Positions 1 through 8,651 of a stretch of DNA of 64,000 nucleotides are shown here, in pieces. Each line of letters starts with the position of its first letter. Within the stretch, counting starts at the first letter, position 1. The DNA is taken from the IMG/VR virus record IMGVR_UViG_3300044627_004988; one strand, written 5' to 3'. The translations under genes were made by a program, and so were the position numbers. A model generated the notes under the pieces. The model was not told where the DNA came from. It saw only the letters and a list, made by a program, of their open reading frames with translations, and searched no databases. Source of the DNA: an uncultured virus (IMG/VR IMGVR_UViG_3300044627_004988). Its lineage: Duplodnaviria > Heunggongvirae > Uroviricota > Caudoviricetes.

Positions 1-2
1 TT

Positions 3-299
3 GCCCATTATGTATATTCCAAATCTTCTGGAGCAAAAACTTCTTTTCCTTTATTTATACCACTACCATTCTTTATTATAGGAATGGTAAGATCCCAAAA
101 TCTTTCTGATGAATACAGATCTTCTGTTGCTATATCTGGAATGATTGCTGGTTCTTTTACTTTATTTATAATGTTATTGTTAAATATATATTTTAATTAT
201 TTTAATCCATCAACAATAATTTTTATGATTCTTTTTGAGATTCTTATAAATTACTTTGGTTCTGATGGCAAAAAATATAGACTGTTTAAGAAAGGTTAA
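3..299 (+). CDS. Multi-pass membrane protein, 5' end outside the window
   Basis: Frame is open from position 3 into ORF 84..299; several hydrophobic segments. Confidence 0.5.
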   Translation, partial: AHYVYSKSSGAKTSFPLFIPLPFFIIGMVRSQNLSDEYRSSVAISGMIAGSFTLFIMLLLNIYFNYFNPSTIIFMILFEILINYFGSDGKKYRLFKKG

Positions 300-303
300 C
301 GTA

Positions 304-471
304 ATGCCTTTAATAATATTTTTGTCTGTTTTAGGAATATTCTCTAAAATTCAATCTTCTAAGTTAAGCAAAATAAACCAAAGCTATGATGAACAAAATA
401 ATGTTGATTATATATTTGCTTCTATTGTTAATCAATTAAATTTAGGGGATAACATTGAAGAAACAAAATAA
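304..471 (+). CDS. Small hypothetical protein with N-terminal hydrophobic segment
   Basis: ATG at 304 just after upstream stop; MPLIIFLSVLGIF. Confidence 0.4.
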   Translation: MPLIIFLSVLGIFSKIQSSKLSKINQSYDEQNNVDYIFASIVNQLNLGDNIEETK

Positions 472-676
472 CGACATAAAACAAAAAATTGAACTCTTTA
501 TTTCTGAAACACATTTTGATATACATGGCATCTCTGCCACTCCATCATTTGATCAATCTTATGTTGTAAAGCTAATCACAAGAATAACAGTTAGCGCAAC
601 AACTGCTTTTTGGTCTTTTTTAGAACTAAAAGATTATTTAAACCAATTGAAAAAAACAAAATCTAGGAGAAATTAA
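455..676 (+). CDS. Hypothetical protein
   Basis: 73-aa ORF, GGGGA upstream, tight packing. Confidence 0.45.
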   Translation: MKKQNNDIKQKIELFISETHFDIHGISATPSFDQSYVVKLITRITVSATTAFWSFLELKDYLNQLKKTKSRRN

Positions 677-678
677 TA

Positions 679-1047
679 ATGGCTGACGAATATGATAAAG
701 ACATGACGTCTTTTACTTTCTCTTTGAAACTTGCTTTAGAAGCTAAGAAAGATATTTCTGAAAAAGTTGATATGTTATCAGAAAGAATTGATCGGATTGT
801 CGAGCACTTTACAATAGAAGACATTCCTATTATCAAACCAATTCTGAACATTACTCATTCCCGTAAAGAGTTGAAGAAACTTGCTAAAGCACTAGATAGA
901 GTTGCCGATATTATCGAGCACCACGATGCTTTAACACAAAAGCTTAAAGTTATAGAACTTGCTGAGAAAGAACCAAATTGGTTCGCTGCTGCTTTTGGAG
1001 ATTTTCAAGGCGATATTGATTCTACAATATCAAACTTATTGTCATAG
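679..1047 (+). CDS. Hypothetical helical protein
   Basis: 122-aa ORF with AGGAGA Shine-Dalgarno (SD). Confidence 0.7.
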   Translation: MADEYDKDMTSFTFSLKLALEAKKDISEKVDMLSERIDRIVEHFTIEDIPIIKPILNITHSRKELKKLAKALDRVADIIEHHDALTQKLKVIELAEKEPNWFAAAFGDFQGDIDSTISNLLS

Positions 1048-1059
1048 GAGAAATTAATA

Positions 1060-2904
1060 ATGATAGAATATTCCTTAATCCAAGATCAAGATAAATATGT
1101 TGCAGTTCGCAGCACTGTAAAATCTATGAATCTTGACCATGTTACTGATAAAGATCTTTCATCTTTTTTCACTAATTTTTCAAAATATGCTCACTTTGAT
1201 ACTGGCTTGTTGCCTCTTGACGGAACTGGCCTTTTGGCTTACCGGCAAGCGGGTAACCACGCACAAATTGTAGTTCAAACAGCTCCTGCCGTTTCTAGAA
1301 TCTTATGGGGTGAATCAGAAGGTGGCAGAGTCCAAACATACTTTTTGGCTCAACCTTACAAGATATATATTGGAGATATACTAGACGGTAACTTTTATGG
1401 TGCTAGAATATTTTATTCTTACAATCCTATAACATCTCCTTCTCAAGAACTTTATCATACTAATCTTCCAAACATGAACTGTAGAGGCTACAGGGGCAAC
1501 GCAGTTGGCTGGGTGTGCTTGTATCATACTTCTGATTGGAGCAATATTCCTCTTGGAGAAAAAGTTGCAAGATTAATTGAAAGATGTTCTGGTGATGAAG
1601 CTTACAATGATCGCAATATGAGCGAAACAGATGGACCTCGCTTTTATGCTATGAATAAAAAGCCTAGCTATTTGTCTAACCCAGTTGAATGGGAACAGAA
1701 AACTACTGAAGAAGGATTTTTGTGGACTTTGAATGAAGGAACTTGGATACCAGTTCTAGTTCAAGATCAAGATCATCAAGATAAACATTACGAAGATGGC
1801 ATTCCTTTAACTTTGGGAATGGCTTTGACTGGTGACTATCAAGCTTATTACACAGATAACATTAAAACTAAGCCAGTAAACAAAATAGCTCGAAAAGATA
1901 AAACATTTGATGAAGATTATGTTTTTACTTTAGTTAAAAAGTCTTATGAACTTTCTAGATTAAAAGAACCAAAACCTGATAATCTAGATCCATATACTTA
2001 TGTCCAAAAAGTTCGTGATACTCATGCTCTTTCATCTAATCCTAATGGTAACGGTAACAGCGATAACGAAGAACACGATGAAGATGAGCAATTCTTATGC
2101 ATCCATTGTGAAGAGTATTTTAGTTACAACGATGATAACCACACCGTTGTTGATGATGGCGTTCTTTGCCAAGATTGTTATAATGAAGAATATGTTTACT
2201 GCGAAAATGTTGGTAAAGATATTTCTATGCAAACAGGGAATGCTGTATATCTAGAAGAAATAGATATGTGGGTTGATGGTAATGGTCCTAACATAATTCA
2301 TTGCACAGGATGTGGTCAAGTTCATTACAGCAAAAACGCTACTAATACCTTTATGGTATTTTTGAATTCTGAAACCCAAGAGTATGATTCTTGTACACAA
2401 TGCTATGAATATTCTGCACAGCTTATTCAAGCAGATTGTGCAGTTTGCACTAAACCACTTCCAATGGGAAGCCAATATAGCTCTTATGTAAACTCTATAT
2501 CTTTTATTGATCAAGACACTTCTCAAGTCAAAACAGCTCACATGCACAACGATTGCTCTGTTAAAGCAGCTTCAATTGTTTGTCCTTGTGGAAAATTAAG
2601 ACATGGTGAACCTTTTGGTTATGAACAAATTGTTTCTCCTGAATCCATTAAAGATATAGATTCATTTACAATGATAACTCTTAAAGATCCTTTTGATCCT
2701 TTAGCTTTAATTGCAAATTATAATAATGTCGAAAAGACTCTCAATACTGTTCCATCCTGTCAAAACGTTTGCGCTTCGTGCGTATGCTTTGATCAAGAAT
2801 CTATGTCTTACAATTATGATCCTAGTAAGTTTGATTTTCAACATTATGAATCTCTTACTAGTTTAATTTCAAAAGCCCTTAATCAAGAACAAACACAATT
2901 ATAA
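1060..2904 (+). CDS. E2-like (prokaryotic E2 family D-like) domain fused to Cys-rich Zn-binding C-terminus
   Basis: LYHTNLPNM...GWVCLY resembles E2 HPN..G.(I/V)CL, putative catalytic C153; C-terminal CIHC, CQDC, CTGC, CTQC, CAVC, CPC, CASC; AGGAG SD; adjacent to JAB/E1/Ubl. Confidence 0.7.
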   Translation: MIEYSLIQDQDKYVAVRSTVKSMNLDHVTDKDLSSFFTNFSKYAHFDTGLLPLDGTGLLAYRQAGNHAQIVVQTAPAVSRILWGESEGGRVQTYFLAQPYKIYIGDILDGNFYGARIFYSYNPITSPSQELYHTNLPNMNCRGYRGNAVGWVCLYHTSDWSNIPLGEKVARLIERCSGDEAYNDRNMSETDGPRFYAMNKKPSYLSNPVEWEQKTTEEGFLWTLNEGTWIPVLVQDQDHQDKHYEDGIPLTLGMALTGDYQAYYTDNIKTKPVNKIARKDKTFDEDYVFTLVKKSYELSRLKEPKPDNLDPYTYVQKVRDTHALSSNPNGNGNSDNEEHDEDEQFLCIHCEEYFSYNDDNHTVVDDGVLCQDCYNEEYVYCENVGKDISMQTGNAVYLEEIDMWVDGNGPNIIHCTGCGQVHYSKNATNTFMVFLNSETQEYDSCTQCYEYSAQLIQADCAVCTKPLPMGSQYSSYVNSISFIDQDTSQVKTAHMHNDCSVKAASIVCPCGKLRHGEPFGYEQIVSPESIKDIDSFTMITLKDPFDPLALIANYNNVEKTLNTVPSCQNVCASCVCFDQESMSYNYDPSKFDFQHYESLTSLISKALNQEQTQL

Positions 2905-2915
2905 AGAAGGATATT

Positions 2916-4607
2916 ATGTCCAAAAAAAATGAAATAACAGAAGAAAAAGTATATACTTTAGAAGATTTAGATTATTTCTGGCTTCCAAATGGTTCTCCTT
3001 GTTTCCTTGGGAACAAAGAAAACATTTGTGATATTATAGAAAATCTAGGTATTAATATTTATTATTTAATATCTGATAAATCTACTTTTAAAGAATATAC
3101 TCAAACTAAGCCAGCTACTTGGACCAATGGTACTCAAGTCCCTGCTACAACAACTAAATACACTGAAGAATCTCGTGAAGCAGTTATATTTAAAGTTGTT
3201 AAAAATATGATCGGAAGAACTATTTCAGTTTCTAAAGATTCATTAGATGGGACTTATGTTGGCTTAGAGCCGCAAGCTATATATTCTCTTCCTCCAATTC
3301 CTATGAGTATCGTCAACAAACTTGATGAATTCTTTAGATTAGTAGAAGCTCAGCTCGGCACTGAATCAATTGTCCTTTTGACTTTTGATTCTGCTAATCC
3401 AGATTCATCTGATTCTTGGGGTATTTTAGTTCCAGAACAAGAGAATACTTCAGTTCACTGCAAGTATGACCCAGATTCTATTGTAGCTATAAAGCCATAT
3501 CATCTTTCTATTGTTGGATCAGTTCATTCTCATCCTGGAATGGCAGCTTATGCTTCTGGTACAGACCATGAAGATCAAGCAGACTTTGATGGTATCCATA
3601 TTACTTATGGATGGCAAAAGAATGTTAATAATGGTGCTACTCAATATTACGCAGAAATGCAAATGGCAGGAACTGCTTTTGTTCTAGACATTGAAGATGT
3701 TTTTGATCTAGATCGAACAGTAAAAGATCCTGATCCTGAAGTAATAGAATGGGCTCAAAATGTCTCAAAAAAAGCACTGCCCCCGTATTCGGCTACGGGG
3801 GTTACCAAGGGACAGCAGTACCAGCCTCTAACTCAGCCAACTATAGCAAGTTCTCCAACTATGGCGACGACTACAGCTGGTGGGGTAACTAGAAAGATCA
3901 CAGATCTTGATATCCCCAAAGATGCTGTTCTTGTTGTAGAAGTAGATGATAAATCTATAGATCCTAAATGTCCACTTTGTGATTGGGAAGTATCAAATGT
4001 TGATCTTTCTAATTGCGTTTGCGGGGGATGCAACAATTATATAGCTACTCCTGGTGACACAGTACAAGAAATTATCGAACTAGTTACCTACGCTTATGAA
4101 ATAAACAATGAAACTACTTACAAAACCTATGGTGCACGTCCTGCATTTACCGATATTTATTACATGTGCAAAGATGTTAACATGGAGTTTATGTTTCTTC
4201 ATATTTATGGAGAAAAAGTTACAGAAGAAAGTATTGCAAAACAAATTACAGCAAGCGCTTTAAATGATGATTATGATAACCCTTGGAACGCTTATGCTGA
4301 ATATACTCTTTGTTGCAATACTCATATAGATTCAATAGCTGAAAGTTGCCCTTGCAATCCGACAGTTACTGTTGACGACATGTATGATTTTGAACTTAAG
4401 TTTCCTCAATTATTTGTGTATGACGACAGCTCTAACTGTAGTGCTTGTCAAAATTATTTACAACCTACATGTACTCCATATAGGAATTTAATAATTGATT
4501 GGGCTAAAACTGGAGAAGATCCATCTAGTCCTTTTATTGAAACATGCAAAGACTTCGTTGCGTATGATTCTCTTTATGCGTACGATAACGATAGATATCT
4601 AGATTAA
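2916..4607 (+). CDS. JAB/MPN+ metalloprotease (deubiquitinase-like) with Cys-rich C-terminal extension
   Basis: E150 and H204-S-H206-x7-S214-x2-D217 (HSHPGMAAYASGTD), VPEQ and GIHITYG motifs. Confidence 0.9.
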   Translation: MSKKNEITEEKVYTLEDLDYFWLPNGSPCFLGNKENICDIIENLGINIYYLISDKSTFKEYTQTKPATWTNGTQVPATTTKYTEESREAVIFKVVKNMIGRTISVSKDSLDGTYVGLEPQAIYSLPPIPMSIVNKLDEFFRLVEAQLGTESIVLLTFDSANPDSSDSWGILVPEQENTSVHCKYDPDSIVAIKPYHLSIVGSVHSHPGMAAYASGTDHEDQADFDGIHITYGWQKNVNNGATQYYAEMQMAGTAFVLDIEDVFDLDRTVKDPDPEVIEWAQNVSKKALPPYSATGVTKGQQYQPLTQPTIASSPTMATTTAGGVTRKITDLDIPKDAVLVVEVDDKSIDPKCPLCDWEVSNVDLSNCVCGGCNNYIATPGDTVQEIIELVTYAYEINNETTYKTYGARPAFTDIYYMCKDVNMEFMFLHIYGEKVTEESIAKQITASALNDDYDNPWNAYAEYTLCCNTHIDSIAESCPCNPTVTVDDMYDFELKFPQLFVYDDSSNCSACQNYLQPTCTPYRNLIIDWAKTGEDPSSPFIETCKDFVAYDSLYAYDNDRYLD

Positions 4608-4626
4608 ATTAAAAGATTGGAAAAAA

Positions 4627-5394
4627 ATGTCAGATCAAAATGAAACAAAACAACATCGGTTTATACTCATCGGTGCTGGTGGAATTGGTACTTGGTTAGC
4701 TGCTGGTTTAGTGCGGCTACTAGAGTGGAAGTTCCCCGGCTCTGCATTGATTATAGTCGATGGTGACACCTATGAAGAAAAGAACAAAGAACGTCAAGAC
4801 TTTACAAAAATTGGCAATAAAGCCAGTGTTAAAGCATATGAGCTTTCTGTTCAATTTAACAACACCACTATTATCCCTGTACCAAAGTGGATAGTAGGCG
4901 AAAACTATGAAGGCGTTGCAGATAGCGATTCTCCTAAAATTAAAGCTTCAGATTTAATTGCTGAAGGAGACGTTGTTTTTGCTGTAGTAGATAACTTTGC
5001 TGCTAGGAAAATTATTTTTGACGCAGCAACTTCTATAGCAAACATAGACATTTTTACTGGCGGAAACGATGATGATTTGTTTGGCAGCATTTATCATTAT
5101 CAGCGTAGGAATGGAGAAGACGTTACTGAACATCCAGTTAACTTCCATCCTGAATACGAAAATCCACCAGATAAAAACCCAGGAGAATTATCCTGTCAAG
5201 AAAGATCAGAGATAGAAGGAGGAACGCAATTGCTTGCAACAAACATGGCAGTTGCTTCGTTCTTGCTCGGTCGTGTACAGAAAACGATAGTTAATTCAGA
5301 AAGCCCTACAGAAGCAGAGATATACTTTGACTTAGGTGTAGGTAAAGCTGAACCATATGATCGTTCACCTGTAAAAGTTAATGCCAATATATAA
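4627..5394 (+). CDS. E1-like ThiF/MoeB-family adenylating enzyme
   Basis: IGAGGIG, VDGD..EEKNKERQ, NKA, VDNFAAR; putative catalytic C190 in ELSCQE...Q...N; no CxxC zinc motifs. Confidence 0.9.
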   Translation: MSDQNETKQHRFILIGAGGIGTWLAAGLVRLLEWKFPGSALIIVDGDTYEEKNKERQDFTKIGNKASVKAYELSVQFNNTTIIPVPKWIVGENYEGVADSDSPKIKASDLIAEGDVVFAVVDNFAARKIIFDAATSIANIDIFTGGNDDDLFGSIYHYQRRNGEDVTEHPVNFHPEYENPPDKNPGELSCQERSEIEGGTQLLATNMAVASFLLGRVQKTIVNSESPTEAEIYFDLGVGKAEPYDRSPVKVNANI

Positions 5395-5418
5395 ATAATC
5401 CCAACAAGGAGAATAACA

Positions 5419-5673
5419 ATGCAAATTAATAGCAACAACAATGAAAACGCATCAGGGGGTGTAGCAAACGTCCGTTTTGGCGTTTACTCACAAGCTAGCC
5501 CTGTTGCTGGAAAGAGCATCAAAGAAATTCGTGAACAGTTTTCTAAACTGTGGGGAATTCCTTCTGACGCTACAGCTTACAAGGGTAAGGACAAGATGGA
5601 CGAAGACTACGTTGTCCAGCAGAATGACAACCTTGAGTTCCACCGCCGTGCTGGTGAAAAAGGTAGTCTCTAA
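5419..5673 (+). CDS. Ubiquitin-like (beta-grasp) protein with C-terminal AGEKG-SL
   Basis: 84 aa; AGKSIKEIR...IP...DYVVQQNDNLEF pattern typical of bacterial Ubls; directly after E1; AAGGAG SD. Confidence 0.8.
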   Translation: MQINSNNNENASGGVANVRFGVYSQASPVAGKSIKEIREQFSKLWGIPSDATAYKGKDKMDEDYVVQQNDNLEFHRRAGEKGSL

Positions 5674-5685
5674 ATTTAAAAGATC

Positions 5686-5741
5686 GTGGGGGGATTTTAA
5701 AGATAACAATGCTTTATTAAATCCTCTGGATGTCCCCCCAC
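5686..5741 (+). terminator. Stem-loop after Ubl gene (U-tail-less terminator or mRNA stabiliser)
   Basis: GTGGGGGGA (5686-5694) pairs perfectly with TCCCCCCAC (5733-5741); inner TAAAG/CTTTA pairing. Confidence 0.5.
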
Positions 5742-5756
5742 TTATACCCTTTATGA

Positions 5757-7385
5757 ATGGAATATATGATACTCGAACAAATTAAATTAGGAACTCCACT
5801 ATTGTGGATTAAAACAGAAGATATTGACAGGATTAATGACTTTGTAATTAATTCTAAAATTAGAGATTTTTATAGCATTATTCCAAATTTAGGTTTTTCC
5901 AAATTAGTAGATAAAACCTGGAAACCAGTATTAGTAGATTTTCCTAATCCAGACGATGGAAGCATTACTCAAGACACAACATACGATTTTGTTGTTGCTT
6001 ACCAGCACTTGAAGAAGACCAACGAAAGTATGTCTTCAATTGCTTTTATTCATAGCTTTTATACTGATCCAAAAAGCTTTCTTGAAGCATACGGCCCAGT
6101 TATGTCTTCATTCAACCACTTTTATAGGAACTCTTTCTTTGCAGATGATGTAACCCTTCTGCCAATGCAGAATATATTTATTTCAAGTTTTGATTGCCCG
6201 GAAGAGTATGCTTCTATTTTTAGTATCAATAATTCTGAGCCTTTATCTATAGGAGAAATGCTTGAAATTTTGAACCACTTTGCTACCATAAGCGACAATT
6301 TGTTTGTAGAAGATGGTACCGCACAAGATATTGCTCGCAGTGCATTAGGTTTATCTGAGTCTGTTTTTATTAATCTTTGTTTACTTTCTATTATTAAAAA
6401 CAAAGTAATATCTTCTAAGTATATTTATGACACTAAAATGTCTAAAATAAAACAGAGTGGAATTTTAGAAATCATTAAACCTAAAATGACATTTGATAAT
6501 ATCGGTGGATTAGATAATGCTAAAGATATTATCAAGAAGAATGTATGGTTGTGGAATAACCCAGAAGAAGCTAAGAAATTTGGTGTTCAGCCTATTAGAA
6601 GAATACTAATGGTTGGAGTTCCAGGTACTGGCAAGTCTGCTATTTGTGAAGCTACTGCTCATGAATTAGGTCTTGATTTGGCTAGAACTGGAGTCAGCCA
6701 AGTTATGAATTCTTTTGTTGGTCAATCAGAAGCCAACATGAGAGCTGTCTTTAACCAGATTAAAGTTATGGCTCCTTTGTGTGTTTGGATCGATGAGTTT
6801 GGTCGTGATATGTCAGGCGGTCAAAGTTCTTCCCATGTAGATGGTGGTACTACCGACAGAGTTCACGGTGAATTTCTAACTGGTCTTCAAGAACTTCCTG
6901 AAAATGTTTTTCTTATTTGTGCAGCAAACCAGATTGAAAATCTAAAACCAGAAATGCTTAGAGCAGAACGTTTTGACAAGATTATATTTGTTGGTTTACC
7001 TTCACAATCAGAGCGTAAAGAAATAATTAAAATACATCTTTCTAATATTCAAACTGATCACAATTGGGATCTTGACGCTCTTGCTGAATCTACTACTGGA
7101 TTTACCGGTGCAGAAATAAAGTCTTTAATTAAAGAAACTAACTTCTATGTTGTTTCTTCTGAATTGCGAACTTTAAATACTAATGATATACTTATAAAAG
7201 CACCAAAGATGCGTAATATACTTTGGAATAAGAATAGAGATTCTATTATAGGATTGTACAAGTCCGCTATTGAACAATGGGACTTTGCTTCATCTTCTCA
7301 ACTAGAAGATGCCTCTAAAGTTATTTCTGGTAATTACACTTCTAGAGGTACAGCTAAACCTACGCCTCAAAAATCTAGTTGGTAA
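5757..7385 (+). CDS. AAA+ ATPase (Ycf46/Cdc48-like), degenerate N-terminal domain plus one intact AAA module
   Basis: DNIGGL, Walker A GVPGTGKS, FVGQSE pore loop, Walker B VWIDE, AAN sensor, PEMLRAERFD, GFTGAEI. Confidence 0.9.
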   Translation: MEYMILEQIKLGTPLLWIKTEDIDRINDFVINSKIRDFYSIIPNLGFSKLVDKTWKPVLVDFPNPDDGSITQDTTYDFVVAYQHLKKTNESMSSIAFIHSFYTDPKSFLEAYGPVMSSFNHFYRNSFFADDVTLLPMQNIFISSFDCPEEYASIFSINNSEPLSIGEMLEILNHFATISDNLFVEDGTAQDIARSALGLSESVFINLCLLSIIKNKVISSKYIYDTKMSKIKQSGILEIIKPKMTFDNIGGLDNAKDIIKKNVWLWNNPEEAKKFGVQPIRRILMVGVPGTGKSAICEATAHELGLDLARTGVSQVMNSFVGQSEANMRAVFNQIKVMAPLCVWIDEFGRDMSGGQSSSHVDGGTTDRVHGEFLTGLQELPENVFLICAANQIENLKPEMLRAERFDKIIFVGLPSQSERKEIIKIHLSNIQTDHNWDLDALAESTTGFTGAEIKSLIKETNFYVVSSELRTLNTNDILIKAPKMRNILWNKNRDSIIGLYKSAIEQWDFASSSQLEDASKVISGNYTSRGTAKPTPQKSSW

Positions 7386-7397
7386 CAGGAGAAACAA

Positions 7398-8024
7398 ATG
7401 TCTAATTTTGATGTAAAAGAATTTTTAAATGGAATTGATCAAGAAGGTTCAGATGAACTTAATCCAATTCCACCAAAGCAGTTTACCACTGAACTCTACA
7501 AAAAATGGTTTCGTTCAAAAACGAGCAGTGGCTTCTTAGCTATTAAGCCTTGGTTTGAAGGAATGAAATTTAAAATTGATATTGGTAAAACTGCTCCAGA
7601 AGGCAAGTTAATTAGTTCTACTAATGTTTATCTTGACGCTTTTGATTTTGCAGCTTATCTAAAGTCAATAGCAAACGGAACTGCAATTACCAATTATCCA
7701 GCCAATGAAAGAACTGGTATTCCTTCTCCTGAAGGATTCTCTTCTTACGGTGGTTCTGAGATTAATGGTAAGCCTGTTAGTAGAATCTTTAAGTCCCACT
7801 ATTGGCAAAATGGTGATTCTTTTGATCCTAACGCTTTTGCTTGGAAGTGTGGCCATTTTGCAGCACGCAAGTCTGAAAGTGGAGCTTTCATACCAGATTT
7901 AAAATCACCTATATCTGTTGATTTTATTAAAGTTACAAGACAAGATATATGTTCTATATCATATCTTTTAGATTTATCTTTAGCAGCTTACGTAGCAAAC
8001 AACTCAGATTGGTATGAACAATGA
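7398..8024 (+). CDS. Hypothetical protein
   Basis: 208-aa ORF with AGGAG SD. Confidence 0.75.
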   Translation: MSNFDVKEFLNGIDQEGSDELNPIPPKQFTTELYKKWFRSKTSSGFLAIKPWFEGMKFKIDIGKTAPEGKLISSTNVYLDAFDFAAYLKSIANGTAITNYPANERTGIPSPEGFSSYGGSEINGKPVSRIFKSHYWQNGDSFDPNAFAWKCGHFAARKSESGAFIPDLKSPISVDFIKVTRQDICSISYLLDLSLAAYVANNSDWYEQ

Positions 8025-8440
8025 CCGAATACGAAGAACTAGGCGATGCCTACTCTCTTGACGAAGACTTGCTTAACAAGCACATTCAAGACATTGATTA
8101 CAAAGACCAAGTAGAACAGGTTTTGATGACTTTGGCTTCTACTTTAGAAGGTAGATTGCAAGAGTTTGAAAAGTACTTGGAAAATTTTGAAAAACAAATT
8201 GCTACTCTTGTAATTGGTTTTGGCGAACAAGCTGTTTTTATGGATGCATTGATAGCGCAAATGGCTTTTTCTTCTGAAGAATCTAAGAAGGCATTTCACG
8301 ATACTATAAACAAGTCTCGCAAACAAATGCTAGAGATAATGAAAGAAGGAGCTAATGACCTCTTGGGCTCAAGTGATCCAGGAATTTCGTCAGCCATTGA
8401 GAGCTTGGCTAGCGAACAGCTATCTAACTTTACCGAATAA
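8021..8440 (+). CDS. Hypothetical coiled-coil protein
   Basis: ATGA overlap with previous gene; heptad-like sequence. Confidence 0.7.
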   Translation: MTEYEELGDAYSLDEDLLNKHIQDIDYKDQVEQVLMTLASTLEGRLQEFEKYLENFEKQIATLVIGFGEQAVFMDALIAQMAFSSEESKKAFHDTINKSRKQMLEIMKEGANDLLGSSDPGISSAIESLASEQLSNFTE

Positions 8441-8651
8441 TGGTATATCGATATTGTTTTTAAATGACAACAGTCATAAAATGATATCTAATAATTTGTA
8501 TTATATTAATCAAATATACCCTTTAGTCCAAAAAGTTAGTCCAGATATATTTTCTTTGTTTTTTATTTCTGATGATTCTTTAATAAACCATTTAAAAAAT
8601 GATGCTATTTCTTTTAGCCATTTTGAAAAACAATCTTTAAGTTAGGAACAC

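Noticed and set aside
4627..5673. ThiF/ThiS or MoeB/MoaD cofactor biosynthesis pair
   Set aside because: No ThiG, MoaE, rhodanese or cysteine desulfurase nearby; E1 lacks CxxC motifs; Ubl ends KG-SL rather than GG; E2-like and JAB neighbours favour conjugation.
7360..7385. HbYX proteasome-docking tail on the AAA ATPase
   Set aside because: C-terminus is QKSSW with no penultimate Tyr, and no alpha-subunit gene is in the window.
8355..8645. 96-aa ORF overlapping 8021..8440
   Set aside because: The 86-nt overlap and unclear start prevent a confident call, although the 3' part may be coding.
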